Assembly: GCA_937625935.1 (NCBI GenBank) | Contig: OW569352.1 | Span: forward strand, 62,001 to 126,000 | Reading direction: 5' to 3' | Source: Tetramitus jugosus | Lineage: Eukaryota > Protista > Heterolobosea | DNA length: 64,000 nucleotides | Part shown: in pieces, positions 44,344-57,063 of the stretch | How the letters are laid out: each line of letters opens with the position of its first letter | Position numbering within the stretch: the stretch's first letter is position 1 | Translations under genes and position numbers: made by a program | The notes under the pieces: model-generated | What the model was told of the DNA's origin: nothing | Seen by the model: the letters and a program-made list of their open reading frames with translations, nothing else | Database searches by the model: none

Positions 44344-45201
44344 TCATTGGCGTGGGACAGTCTGGTAGAACAGGATTCGCATTTGGATGACAAACTTTCT
44401 GAAATCGTTGCTCTCGTTCAGTTCTTGCAGTATCACAGAATAATCCACTTCTGGGGTGCAATCTCTGACATTGTATCGGTCTCTCTCAACTCTCACGTTG
44501 AATGAAAATATTCTCTCTGGATCGTTAGGGTCAATATACTTGAGTGATATCCGTATCCATTTCGATGTTTCATCCGATCTTTCAATTCTCATGCCCAAGA
44601 ACTTTTCAAAATGCTGCAACCCAAACGATATCTGCTCAGAGTTTAATTTACATTTTTGAATGGCTTGTGCTATATATGCTTGTTGTTGTTGGTTCACTTG
44701 CATACGATTGGACAACTCTTGTTCCATTTGCATTGCTCGCTCAGGCAAATTTGACTCTGTTGACTGAGCCTGTTGCACCTGTCTCTTCATGTGACTCTCC
44801 AGAGAGTGTTCTTCCTTGACACGTTGCTCCGTTTCTCGCACTTGTTTATCTAATCTGTCATACTCTTGTGACAAGTCTTGTATTGTTTCTGTGCGTGGTT
44901 GGCCAAGAAGGGAAAATCGTCAACAACCATCCCGAACAAAACGTTTTGTCTGTTGTTCAAAAGTGACAAACAACACAATAACAACAAAATGGTAGTAGTG
45001 GGGTAAGTACTTACTTTGAAAACTGTTCATGAGATTCGTGTGTTCTGAACCGATGAGTCCAGTTTCTTCCTGTTGTTTTTTCGACCAATTGTCAATCATA
45101 ATTCCAGTCTGTTTCATCTCATCTTCCAACATTGCAATTCTATTTGCAGTTTGCTGTACGATAGATGCAGCTGTCAATGTCTGCTGTGAGTGAGGGTCCA
45201 T
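44344..45201 (-). CDS. SPC25: Kinetochore Ndc80-complex subunit Spc25; intron 45014-44889
   Basis: Coiled coil plus RWD-like FLGMRIE...YIDPNDPERIFSF...CTP...LNESNDFRKFV..MR; GTAAGT...CAG intron. Confidence 0.85.
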
Positions 45202-45315
45202 GTTTGCTCTTGGGTGTCAGTTATGTTGTTTGTTGCTCCACAGAACTGAGAAAATTGAAGAGCGCCAAAAAATGGCGCGAACAAAGTGAAGAACATTGAT
45301 TTATACACCGGTTAT

Positions 45316-46080
45316 TTACAACAAGAGGAAAGCACCGAGGAGAACCAAAATGCATAGTGAACCTAATTGCGGGAAAGATCCAGCTTTTGAGGCGTTGCTA
45401 GTTTGTTGTGGAGATGTCGAGTTATCCACATTCTGGTTACTGCTGTTGGCAGGAGCAGTGAAGCTGATTGATTCAAGTTCAAATGTCTGATTTGGGTTGA
45501 AGCTAAATCGCACCAATAATCCCTCTACACTATCTACCCAAACAATGTACTCAACAGTTGAGTTGTCAGAGGTGTTTTCTTGAAGAAGGTCTATTCTGGA
45601 GATGGATGAGTAGTTGCCGGATGGTGTTTCGATAGGTTCGTCCGAGGATACTTGTCCCTCTGATACTATTATCACTGTTTCGTTTCCATTGGTTTGATTT
45701 ACTCTTTTAGAGATAGAAGTGAAGTTAGCGCCTGACGTAAAGAAGATGTATCCAGGATCATATGTGTAGTCAAAGTTGCATGCCTCAGCGCTACCTTCAG
45801 CTCTCTCTCTGTACACTATTAAGGTGTCATTGTCAACAGTCTTGACATATCTGAAGCGAGTACACGAATCACCAGAAAACACAATCGAGATTATGACACC
45901 ATTGTTTTGTTGGTCTTCTTCTTCCACAGTCCACACCGAAGTGATTGCTGTGTTATTTTCTTGGACATAGGTAAAGGTGGTTCCGACTACAAAGTTTGGG
46001 GCGCTCTGAGCACTGCAGTTGGCTAGCAGAAAAAGAGCTAGAATCAACAAGGTAAGGGTTCCAAAGAGTATTCTGTTCAT
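45316..46080 (-). CDS. Secreted, probably GPI-anchored glycoprotein
   Basis: Signal peptide, many NxS/T sites, hydrophobic C-terminus. Confidence 0.7.
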   Translation of the reverse strand: MNRILFGTLTLLILALFLLANCSAQSAPNFVVGTTFTYVQENNTAITSVWTVEEEDQQNNGVIISIVFSGDSCTRFRYVKTVDNDTLIVYRERAEGSAEACNFDYTYDPGYIFFTSGANFTSISKRVNQTNGNETVIIVSEGQVSSDEPIETPSGNYSSISRIDLLQENTSDNSTVEYIVWVDSVEGLLVRFSFNPNQTFELESISFTAPANSSNQNVDNSTSPQQTSNASKAGSFPQLGSLCILVLLGAFLLL

Positions 46081-46348
46081 GTTTCGAGAGTTGTTCAGTT
46101 ATGGGGATTGAGTTATTGTATTGGTTGTTTTGTGTTGTATTGAAAGAACTCTATATCATTGTCCCATTACTCTTAAATAATTACAGTGAACGTTCCCTTT
46201 GACCTAATCTTGTCCGTCCAAGGAATTCCGATCCGACTCAATTCCTTAGCTGATTTCGTTCAACGGCTCCAAATCGGAGATGCGAATCCTCCGTCCCGAC
46301 CCATACCGAAAACCATCAACAACAAAACACATTGAAGATTTTCACAAA

Positions 46349-49300
46349 ATGGGGATGATCCATAACCACAGCAGCAACAATGCTGTCGTCACACTATTAT
46401 CCAAGTGTGTTCAGCTGCTGTTGTTGTCGTTATTCTTACTCCAAATTTTCATTGTTAGCTTCAACAACCATAACAATGACAATGGTGACCATGGTGGTGG
46501 AGATGGGCGGTCCTTTAGTGCTTTTGTACGTGCTGCCGCTGAGCCACAACACTCCACGATACCAATCACCTCACTCGGTGTGCCAAGTGTCCATCACAAC
46601 TCGAAAGGCTATTGGAGAGCGTTTTCGATACCATTGAGTCAATTGTTGGTCAATATGACACAAAGTCCGAGCTTTACAATCTCTGTAACACCTTACTCTG
46701 GGTCCGTTGAGTTGTACATGTCGATTGATTTCATTCCAAATGAACTTCCATGCTCCAATTGTATCATGGCCAACGCTCAAAAAAATTCTTATCACTACTG
46801 GGGCGAATTTAGGAGATTTTTTAAGACGAGTGACGAGTTTCCAAAGAAACCAAATTCTACAATTTATGTGTCAGTGAGAGCAACTGAAGAAACAAAGTAT
46901 ACGTTTAATGCTTGGACCGAACAAAGTATGTGAGCATGTGCTGCTTGTGGTTGATTTTTTGGTGAAGATTGAAGTTAACTTACGCTGCTATCCTTTTATA
47001 ACTACTATTTTTTGATATTTTGTTCATTTGATAATGGTGTACATGTGTGATTGATGATGATGACGATTGTTCTCGCATGAACATGAAACAAAAACGAATA
47101 TATGTGCATGAATCACGTTCGTTAGCTCCGATTTATATCATGGACGGTTATCCGCAATTCTTTTATTTGCCTTCGAATTATAACTTGACGTTGGTGTACA
47201 GCAAGACGACATCTGATCCATTCTATGTGAGTAGTGCATCGCTCAATTCGTATCATAATGTGTACATGAGTCGTGCGCACATATCAAAAAGTCCTTCTTC
47301 GAACAGTAACGAGTGGAGTATGACGAGTTTTGGTTTTGATTCAATTTCGGTCGGAGTCAATGATCCTAATTTCTCTGTCAATACTGATTACTATATGACA
47401 CTACATGGAACTTTCAATACCTTGTTGTATTTTTCTGTAGCATCCGTGTCTACCTATGTGAATCTCGTTCCAAATACGCCGATTCCTGCTTATGTACCAG
47501 GACAAGAATATCGACTCTTTAAGTTCTGTTCGTACAAGGCTGAACACAAGGTTGTCATCAAAACGATAACGACGACTATATTAACGAACCCAGATATCTA
47601 TGTGATCAAGGGAGATTATTCAGATCCTGCTGTACCACCTTCCAAGTTTAACAAGAAAGATATTTGGTCCAGAGAAACGACAACGACTACACCGATTCTT
47701 ATTGAAGACAATACAGCTGGATGTCTCTATCTATCTCTGCTTCATTATGCCTCTGATGCAACCATTCAGATTATAGCGAGTGATGATATCATGAGGTTGG
47801 CCGATGGCATAGCACAACCTGCAAAGCTCTTATCAGGCCAAACTGACACGTTCAGATTTTCTTTGACTCATGCTACAAAAGAGTTACAATTTATTGTGCA
47901 CACTGTATGTATCAACTGATAATTACTTCTATACTCTTCTATTGTATAATCGTCATATCTTACATCCGTTTGTGACATATTTGACTCTGTGAAAAATAGG
48001 ATGCTAGTTGTAGTGTAGATATGTATGGAGCAGAGACGATTATTCCCGTACCAGGACGTGGTGTGAAAACTGGTCTATTGCAAGACACGAATCAAAAAGT
48101 AATCACTTTTGAAAATCCACAGCGCGCTACCAACTACTTTGTGACTGTAACAGAAAACGGTGCCAACAATTGTTACTATACCATATTGGCGGCTACAAGC
48201 CAAGCCCATGTTTTTCTCACAGATGCAGAACCTGTCATTAATAATCGTGTCACATTTGGCCTGTATCGTTGGTACATATTTGATGATCCAGGTACGGTTA
48301 GTCAAGATTTTCATATCACGGCTATGCCATCGAGTGGTAATATTGAATTATTTGTGTCAACAGAGGTCATTACTCCATCACTAGCACAATATTCATGGGG
48401 CAGTAGAGATAGACGGTTGGAGTTTGTTGTTATCCCATCCTCCGATCCGAAAAAGAATGGAAAACATCGCTTCTTTATTAGTGTTTACGGAGCAGAGCAT
48501 CCTATTATGAAAGACATGAGCTATTTCACTGTACTGGTCACTCTTGATCAGACACAGACTATATTAGAAGATGGAGCTGAGGTATCATCTGTAGTACAGT
48601 ACTTAGGCTATAGATATTTTATGTTTGAAGTCAAGTCACCAGGAGATTTATTTATTGAGTTAGAGTTGGATGATGCAATGAATTCAGCAGAGTTCTATGT
48701 TTCCAAAAGATATAGCAAACCTACTGAGAACAGAAAAGACCAACAATCATCAAACTATGGAACAAATTATGTGCGAGTGAACAATGCGCAACTCGGTTTC
48801 TACAAAATTGGAGTGAAGGGATTAGACAGAGAACCTCAGATTGGTATCAGAATTACGGCTAAATTATCAACGACATACATTCATGCCAATGCTATTACTT
48901 CTATGCAATCGGTCAGAAGAAATGCTCACAACAAGTTCTTTACTTATGTTCCTCCTCAAGCCGAGTTTATCGTTATTGCTGCGTCCATGATCCTTGGAAA
49001 GACATCTTTATATTTGAATAGTGATATGATTGAACCATCCGCTACCGCATACATGGAGTCAGATACCTCGTGGCCTATTAATGTCATTATGATCGAAAGG
49101 AAAGACTCTCGCTTCCAACCTGGTATCTGGTCTCTACTTGTCGATGGTGAGGAAAACAGTGATTATTTTCTCACGGTTAATACAGACGGCGAACCTGCTT
49201 TGGCACAAATCTCAATTCCAGTCATTGGTATGATTCCTGGATCAACAAATTTGAGTATGCTGTATGAGTACCATCTATCGGATGACACGGCACTGAATTC

Positions 49301-50660
49301 CACTGATGATTATGAGTTAATTGTTCGTGTTCTTCGTGGAGAAGTCTCTGTGTATGTGGGTCAAGATCAAAATCCTGGTCCTGATCACCACATATTCTAC
49401 TCAGCAGGTCATCAAAGTCGTGTAATGGTATTGTCTAGAAATAAGTTAAAGCTGGGAGCTCCCTTGTATGTGAGAGTTGTAGGTGAGCTACACATTACGG
49501 AGAGGACATTGTATGAAATCACACTGTACATGCCCACGATACCGCATTTGTTGCTCCAAGAGCAGCTCAGTGTGCAAACTCTGGAAGCTCATGCGTCACA
49601 GAATGTGAATGAACTCGCGTACTTTAAAATTGTGAATCCAACAGAAAGTTCCTCGAGGTTGACTACGATTGTAGAGTCATGCGAGACTAAATTTCCACCT
49701 GTATTCTATGCCAGCACTGAAGACAAACCTCCTACAAGAGATCAATATACTATCAAAAGTAAGAAGGACAACAATTTTGTACAAACTGCCAGTACACAAC
49801 ACACTCAAGCAGGATTCATTTTTATCGGTGTTGATCCAGTGCATATAAGCACCGCACAAAACTACTCCATTCTAACAATGGACCAGGATCCAAGACCAGT
49901 CATCACCAAACCTCGGTTTGATGTAAAGATTCAAAACAATAGGGCTAGACTGGAAATTGAACCTGCTGCACCAAACTCCAAATATCAGAAAGATGCATTC
50001 CAGTATGATGTGTATTTGCTCGTGTTGGAGGTCAAGGACAACAGTCAAATTGATAAGATCAACTTTGAAACGGTGTGTTCACTCAGGAGCAATGGCATAT
50101 TGATGGGCACTGCCTCTTTCAGCAATGAGACAGGACCTAAATATGTGTTTGAGATGACAATCAATATCAAAGAGGTGTATATTCTCAATGTCGTTGTGCA
50201 CAATCGGTTAGGCTTAGCCAGCTGTTACGAAGCATGTTATATTATGAAAGGTCGATACAGTACCTTGTTCAACGGATTGATAGAACCATGGAAACCGAGT
50301 GTACTCGCCATTGTCATCACAGGAGCCACTGTTGGAGCGTATTGCGTACTGGGAATGGTTTTCAATTTCTTCTTTAGGAAAAAGAGAGGTATTCAAACCA
50401 TTCCACATGTGAACTTCCTCATTGATCTGCCCTTCTTGATGATTGATGGTATCAAATGCATCATATTGTGCGGACGTATACCGCCAGTTGCGAAGAAAAG
50501 GAGGAGACGCAAGATAAAGAAGGCCAAATACAACCAGCTGGAGGAAGATCTGGAACTCAATGCTCCATCACGAGACTCTGCAGGAACTGGCTTTGGCAAC
50601 GACGATGACCATGATCTAATCGCTGTCTCTCCCGATAATCTCATCGAAGAGGATTCTTAA
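46349..50660 (+). CDS. Large type-I membrane protein with repeated beta-sandwich (PPC-like) modules and an M6PR/ATG27-like tail; exons 46349-46925, 47126-47904, 48000-50660
   Basis: Two GTATGT...TAG introns join three ORFs in frame; repeated G..(D/E)LYV..P motifs; TM then KKRGIQTIPH.NF..DLP...DG. Confidence 0.75.
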
Positions 50661-50698
50661 TCTAATATAATTTATTTTTGTATTTTTGTATCAAAAAA

Positions 50699-52195
50699 CT
50701 AACTTTTGTTTGTTAGTAAACCGGCGGATTCATCATGCCGCCGTTCTGCCTTCACTTTCGATGATGAACAGACTCTGCAAAGATACTTTAGCAAAAATCC
50801 AATGAGCAACATCACATCCAACAAAATCATTGCCATGATAGGTACCGATGCAATCATTAATCTTCCAAAATCACCTTGCGCCGATCTCGTTTTCACCTGT
50901 GTCGAATAACCCATTGCATCACCCGTCACATTAAACACAACAATCGAATCTGCAGGCACCTTACAGTCACTTGCTCTCAAATCGCACACTGATTTGACCA
51001 TCTTCCGATCCACTGTCAGATAATTCGGTATCGAAACAGAGAAGAACACTGATCCGTAATCAATGGTGCTATGATTGTTGCGATTCGCGTAATAAAACAC
51101 AAAATCAAACTGGTTCGGATTGACTACGAGAGAGCCAACTTGATACGATACATGATACGGAAGGTTCAACTTGGTATCAAACGTCGTATACATGTAACTG
51201 GGCAATTCATGACGTGCCCACTTTGGAAAATAATCATGATCCATCACAGCCAACTGTATCGGAGACAAAATTTCATCGTCCTGATACTCGAGATAGTATG
51301 ACATGTTGACAGTCGATCCAGGCAATAGACAAAAACCAAATGAATCAAACTCAAAATCATTTTGCAGATAGGTCAAATAGACGGACGATGTATATAGGAT
51401 GCGCTTGGACGGATTCATCAACGGTTCGTGCTTTAATACCATGACCTGCACTGATCCATCACCAATCGATGCTTTTTCTCTCTTTTTTAGCGCTCCTGTT
51501 CCTTCTTGTTCCTTCTTCTTCCGTTGTAATCGATTCGATGGAGAAGGTGTGGGATCCAACTGTGAAAAAATGGCGGGAGAATCACGTTTCGAAACGGGAA
51601 AAGTCGTCCATGCAAATCGTGAATAATGTTGGTAACCTACAGGTGGAACAAACAATTTCATAGTAGAATACGTGTGTTCATGCAAAAAATAAATTTTGAA
51701 GAGAAGTATGATAAATGTGACGAGGAGAGCTCCGTTTGCAACAATGGCTGATCCTAGTGTGAAACGAGTGCATGAACACATGGTTGATGGGTGATGATGC
51801 GTGTGCTCATCATCATCATCGTCATCGTCATCGTTATCATGATCACCTACCTCCTTGTCAATCACATGGTCATGGTCATCATGAGTCAATTTGTTGTTGT
51901 TGTTGTTGTTGATGATGATGTGGTTGTTGTTGTTGTTGTAAGAGTGGTGGTGAGAGGTGAGAATGGGTTTGAGTGATTGTTGGAATGTTGTTTGTTGGTG
52001 TGTTTGTTGCTGTTGTTGTTCGAGCTGTTGTTGTTGTTGTTGTTGATGATGAGGTGGATATGTGGTGTCGATGGAGGAAGACCAAGTTCCATGATCGGAT
52101 ACCGTAGTCATCGAAGAAGAAAACTCCGAATCGGCGTTATTCACTTTCCCGCTCTGATAGGAGTATTCGGCAGAAGAAGAGGACGCAGCGCTCAT
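50699..52195 (-). CDS. Two-TM membrane protein (APD1-4 middle-domain-like, tentative)
   Basis: Low-complexity N-terminus, two hydrophobic helices, FCLLPGSTVNMSY. Confidence 0.6.
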   Translation of the reverse strand: MSAASSSSAEYSYQSGKVNNADSEFSSSMTTVSDHGTWSSSIDTTYPPHHQQQQQQQLEQQQQQTHQQTTFQQSLKPILTSHHHSYNNNNNHIIINNNNNNKLTHDDHDHVIDKEVGDHDNDDDDDDDDEHTHHHPSTMCSCTRFTLGSAIVANGALLVTFIILLFKIYFLHEHTYSTMKLFVPPVGYQHYSRFAWTTFPVSKRDSPAIFSQLDPTPSPSNRLQRKKKEQEGTGALKKREKASIGDGSVQVMVLKHEPLMNPSKRILYTSSVYLTYLQNDFEFDSFGFCLLPGSTVNMSYYLEYQDDEILSPIQLAVMDHDYFPKWARHELPSYMYTTFDTKLNLPYHVSYQVGSLVVNPNQFDFVFYYANRNNHSTIDYGSVFFSVSIPNYLTVDRKMVKSVCDLRASDCKVPADSIVVFNVTGDAMGYSTQVKTRSAQGDFGRLMIASVPIMAMILLDVMLLIGFLLKYLCRVCSSSKVKAERRHDESAGLLTNKS

Positions 52196-52676
52196 CTCTC
52201 TTCGTAGATTACTAGTTGTTTAACTGGTGGTTCAAAAGGATTCAAAAAAAACAAAGGAGATCACGATGATTGCTTGTTGAAGTTCTCCCAATCAAATTCC
52301 TTGATGCATCCACCAACAACAGAAAAAGGGTCTAGTTTTCGTGAAAGCTTTTTTCTGTTTTTGTTGCCGAAAGTGCTCGGAGAAATGAAATGCAGGAAGA
52401 TCCTTGAATTCGAAGGACTTCATCGAACTTCGCGCCTCAAATAAAAAATGCAGGTGTGCAGGGAACACTTGAAAATACACATAGAAACCAAATCACATAA
52501 CTGTTCCTCCGTTTTGTGAACCCTCCTGCATATCTAGAAGCATTTCAAAGTTTAAACTCTTTTGTCGAGCTCGAACAGGACTTCAACAACAACACAAGAA
52601 CTAGAACTGAGATTAATTTCAACTTAACTTCCCATTAACTACTCGAGGCCTCTATATCCAGGAAAACAATTTCAAT

Positions 52677-53558
52677 ATGCCAAAACAAGCTAAATTAACC
52701 AAGAAGTATCACGATAACAGTATAGATGATTGCTTCAAGAGTAATACCAATGAAAGTTACAGAGTAGCAACCGAGAGCAACAAGGAGAATTCTCTTAAAG
52801 GAAGAAGTTCTGTGAGTTATTTTCTCGAACGTAACTATCACCGCAGTTACAATGCATCAAAACCTTCTTCCTGTGTTTTTAAAGTTCCTCTCATGTCTCA
52901 ACACTCGTCAAACACGGCACCTGTGAAGCATCATTCTCTAATCTCTTTCCTTCAAGATGTAATGCCTGAAAAAGAATATTCAGATCTTAATTGTCTTGTT
53001 CAGATACATCACAGGCTAGGAATACATCCTAAACAATTCGATGACGAGTTTTCTGGTGTTGTTAGGCAATTTAATGATCAATGGAATAAGCAACAGCAAG
53101 AGTTTTTATCATGCACCAAAGAAGAGAAAGCCAAAAGACTAACAGAAGATCCATCCATGAGAATCAAGATTACTCAACTGACAAAGTATTTAGAACGCTA
53201 TCAGATTTTAGAACTCAGAGAAAAGTTCCCTATGATGCATGAGGACAATCTTACCCTGGAATTGAGACAACATCACTATCTACCAACACTCGAAGAAAAA
53301 ATAAGGCACAAGATATCCATGATACCAACAACATCGAAAATGAACTTAGGTCAACCACAAAACAAACATGGCGACACAACAAACAAAAAAGAAGATGAAT
53401 TGTGTATTGTTTGTTGTGACGAAAAAGCCAAAGTGATGTATTCGTGTGGTCATTCATGTTGCTGTAGCTCATGCTCAAAGAAGATTACTCAATGCCCACT
53501 GTGCAGAGCACCTATCGAGGCTGAGGGTAACAATTCAGCGATTCCTGTAAAGAACTAA
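52677..53558 (+). CDS. RING-finger (C3HC4) protein
   Basis: CIVC...CGH..CC..C....QCPLCR. Confidence 0.85.
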   Translation: MPKQAKLTKKYHDNSIDDCFKSNTNESYRVATESNKENSLKGRSSVSYFLERNYHRSYNASKPSSCVFKVPLMSQHSSNTAPVKHHSLISFLQDVMPEKEYSDLNCLVQIHHRLGIHPKQFDDEFSGVVRQFNDQWNKQQQEFLSCTKEEKAKRLTEDPSMRIKITQLTKYLERYQILELREKFPMMHEDNLTLELRQHHYLPTLEEKIRHKISMIPTTSKMNLGQPQNKHGDTTNKKEDELCIVCCDEKAKVMYSCGHSCCCSSCSKKITQCPLCRAPIEAEGNNSAIPVKN

Positions 53559-54062
53559 GGAAAGAAGAGAACAAGTTGCTCCATAAGAAGAAGTGCCCAC
53601 AACATTACTCAGAATAGAGACATATAGAAAAGATTGATCAAAGAGAAATTCTCTATCTCGATCATCAGTGGGTGATTGGCGAATCTTGCTCGCTTAGTCA
53701 CACTAAGGGTATGTAGGCATCCCGTGCTCTGTAGTGTGGCTAAACAGAAGGAATCTTCAACTCATAGTAACACGTAAACTCGTTTTTCTTTACAATGAAG
53801 CCTGGATCAAATTGTTTGTCCGTTTTTTTTGTAAATTGTTGAGGCGTCAAAAACCCGGAGAAACAAATCCAAAACAGAACATAAGCATGTCTCAAAAAGG
53901 AAGGCAACTAAAAATTTTGTATCCAACGTTTGACCGCATAAAGGTTCGACATGCATGTCTGGTAACCTCACTCAACAACGAGAATAAGAAGCTTTTTAAC
54001 TCAAACAACATCAACCAAACCCAAACCCAAACCAATAGCAACAACAACATCACATACACACA

Positions 54063-54422
54063 ATGCCTGGCAAATATTCTTATGGTACGTTTCACTGGAG
54101 ATTCCCAATTGCTGTGATAGCAACATTCTCCCTGACTGCGTATGGATACCTCGAATGGTCCAAGAACTTGTTCCCAAAGCCAGCTACCTACACTCCTGAG
54201 AACTTGAAGTTTGAAGAAGATACGTTGAACATGCCTGGTGGTCTCCACAGATTCCACAGAAGAATCGATGTCAACAGTTTGAACTACTCTGTTCACTCGC
54301 ACAAGTATTGGCCAAAATGGGATAGAAGAGACGACGATGATGACAATGTGTTCCACTTGGCTTCCCTTGGAAAGCTCGGTGGTTCATCTGACGAAGCAGA
54401 AGAAGAAGAAGCTGAAGAGTAA
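54063..54422 (+). CDS. Small single-TM protein, possibly a mitochondrial complex subunit
   Basis: Codon usage like the highly expressed genes in the window, one TM helix, acidic tail. Confidence 0.6.
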   Translation: MPGKYSYGTFHWRFPIAVIATFSLTAYGYLEWSKNLFPKPATYTPENLKFEEDTLNMPGGLHRFHRRIDVNSLNYSVHSHKYWPKWDRRDDDDDNVFHLASLGKLGGSSDEAEEEEAEE

Positions 54423-54615
54423 GCGCTTCAAGGATTCTTACTCAATCAACCACCTCCTTCCAACAACTCCACCAATCAACAAGAACAAACAACGGGTTTT
54501 TAAACCAAAAACACGGCGGATAAATCATCTCCAACGATCAATTGTAAATATAAAGTTAACTTTGCACGCGCAAAATTTTCGCGTTTTACAATTTCTCACT
54601 TTTCACACCAAAATT

Positions 54616-55344
54616 TCAAAGAGAAATGTTCTTTGATAGGACTTTGCTTCTCTCTTTGTCAATTTGTTCCATCTCTCGAATCATGCCTGATATTTGGTTT
54701 CGCATCAGCGACTCAAACGGTTCACTCTGTCCAATTTCTCTCATCTCCATAAGCCAAGTGTAGCGTTCATTGACTTCGTTCACTAATTCATTGAACCGAT
54801 CAGTCATTGGCTTCGATGTTGTTGTTGGAGCGTTCTCTGGTCGTTTTCGATTCTTGGGAAACCTTGCGTCAATAATCTCTTGTGGCGTCTTGTTCTTACC
54901 TCCAAATTCAAAGTATGTGTTCAAGTATTCCTTCTCTCGTTCTCTTACATTGGGAATTGTTCCTTCTGGAGATAGTTGGAACTTTGTTGTGGGACATTTC
55001 TCTTGTTCGAATGCTCCTTGGACAATCATGGTATCTAGAGCTTTCTTTCGAGGGATAGAGAAACTCTTTTGACCAAACATGTTATTGTAAGTTGTTGAAT
55101 GAGTTGAATTAGCATGAATGTAGTCGTTCAGTTCAGAATCTCGAGACACTGCTATTCCATGAGAAGGTAAACTTTTCTTGTTTTTGACTACTTCCTGTAT
55201 CGTATCCTTTTGGTACTTTGTCAGTTTACTGTCTTTCATCATGGACTCAATCAGCCGTTGAGTGTCTTTCGATGCTCTCTCTTTGAGCTGGCTCGACTTT
55301 ATTGAAGCTCTTGAACTCTGACTACTATGCGAAGTGGACCTCAT
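54616..55344 (-). CDS. UPF0193/EVG1-like protein
   Basis: LTKYQ, GAFEQE, DRFNELVNEVNER..W...M...G......I...IREMEQID. Confidence 0.75.
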   Translation of the reverse strand: MRSTSHSSQSSRASIKSSQLKERASKDTQRLIESMMKDSKLTKYQKDTIQEVVKNKKSLPSHGIAVSRDSELNDYIHANSTHSTTYNNMFGQKSFSIPRKKALDTMIVQGAFEQEKCPTTKFQLSPEGTIPNVREREKEYLNTYFEFGGKNKTPQEIIDARFPKNRKRPENAPTTTSKPMTDRFNELVNEVNERYTWLMEMREIGQSEPFESLMRNQISGMIREMEQIDKERSKVLSKNISL

Positions 55345-55549
55345 TGTTCTCTTTCTCTTGTGTATGTTGTACGTTGGTAGTGATGACGAATAGGAACAAC
55401 CATCGGATCGTTTCGTAAACGATGGAAACTGTTGATCAACAAAGGATAGAATCTGGCGCCAGATGGAAATAGCTTTCAAGTGTTTTATTATTCATTGTAT
55501 TATTTCATTAAATTGTGCTTCAGAGTCTCCATGTGTATGTTGTCATTGT

Positions 55550-56532
55550 TTATAGCTCTTCATTCAAGAAGAAAAGAGTTTGATCAAACAGAGCAGACAC
55601 AAATGACCAATCAACAACTTGCCAATAAGCCTGCACGTAGTTGGCTCTGCTGTTCTTGTGATCCATGTAATAGGCGTGTTCCCAGCAATCCAAGGCCAAA
55701 ACAGGGGCAAACTCTTGAGCAATAGGTGTCTCTTCGTTTCTACCAGTCCAAATACGCAACTGCTTATTGTTGCCAATGACTAGATAGACCCATCCACTGC
55801 CAAACAATCCCAATGCAGCATCAGTAAACTAGAGAACAATAAATTAAAACCAGAGTGTTTGGTGTTAGCAACAAAGCCATGAATAGAAATGTTACACACA
55901 AGAAGTGTGGCGCATTATTGTAAAAAATTTTCCATTTCAGTTCGCGCAATGAAAAAAGCGCGCCAACCACAAAGACCTTAGAGAAAGCTCATTCATATCC
56001 ATGCTAAGCTCTCTTCTCTCTGTGTCCCCAATCTATCATCATCATCACACACACACTTATTAGAAGAAAAAAACAGCAAACATACCTCCTTCTTGAAAGC
56101 ATCCAAGCTTCCCCATTGTTCATTAATCTGTTTTAATAGTTGACTATTGGCAACAAGAGCAGTTCCACTAGGTCTAATACACTTCCAGAAGAAACTGTGA
56201 TTAAAGTGCTCGCATGCCACTTGGTGAACATCAGCCTTGGTGGCATCGAGTGCAGTGTGTCTGATCACGTGTTCAACAGGTGCACCATAAAATGGGGTGC
56301 CCACTGTAAGCTTGTTCAATCGCTCCACTGCTTGACTGTGATGCTTGTTATAGTGATGAGTCAGTGTGGTGCCTGAGAAGCATGGGAGACAACCACCGTT
56401 GATTGGGTAGGAGACGGGTGGGAGATTGTGGCGCAGTCTGAGTGTGGTAGAAGTCAGTGACAGAGATGCATGATTTTGTTGGTGGTGATTACGAAGTAGG
56501 AATTGCTTGGAAGCTGTTGATATTCTGTTCAT
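55550..56532 (-). CDS. Fe/Mn superoxide dismutase-fold protein, mitochondrial-targeted; intron 56085-55829
   Basis: HHYNKHH, NHSFFW, FGSGWVYL, DCWEHAYY; phase-0 GTATGT...TAG intron. Confidence 0.88.
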
Positions 56533-57063
56533 GCTTTTTTTCTTTGTTTGGATTGTTGTGGGTGTTTCTCCGTTGCGTGAAAAAATGTTTTTGTTAAATG
56601 GAGGACAAAAAATGTAGGTGCATTTGCTACTTGATCTCTTGGTGTAAGTTAGTTGGACAACAAGCTCTCTTCGCTTAACAATTTACAAAATGATTTATTT
56701 GTGTTTTTTTGGTGTTTGGTGGTCATTGAAATGAATATGCTTCCCTTCTTTCATGCCATACTCTCGTGTTGGCATTTCAATAAAAATATTATTATAGAAT
56801 TGCAGTCGTTCCTTCCATTGTTTCTGCGTGTGATTACATTAGATAAAACAACATATACTTCATCGAATCATGTCTCTTGATCCAATCATTGGCGTTTCAA
56901 TGATCATATAAAAAAGGAGGACCAAGTGATCAATTACAAACGAGTAGCGCTGTTTCCTCCTCGTTGTTCATCAGCATCATTAGAGTGCGCACCATCAAAA
57001 TGCACACAAGCATTCATCGATAGAAAAAACAATTCTGCAACAATATAAAGTGCGAAAGACAAT

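Noticed and set aside
51780-52060. CAA/GAT/CAT trinucleotide runs (also 350-500, 28040-28500, 40960-41050)
   Set aside because: Ordinary coding microsatellites giving poly-Q/N/D/H tracts; not CRISPR or satellite arrays
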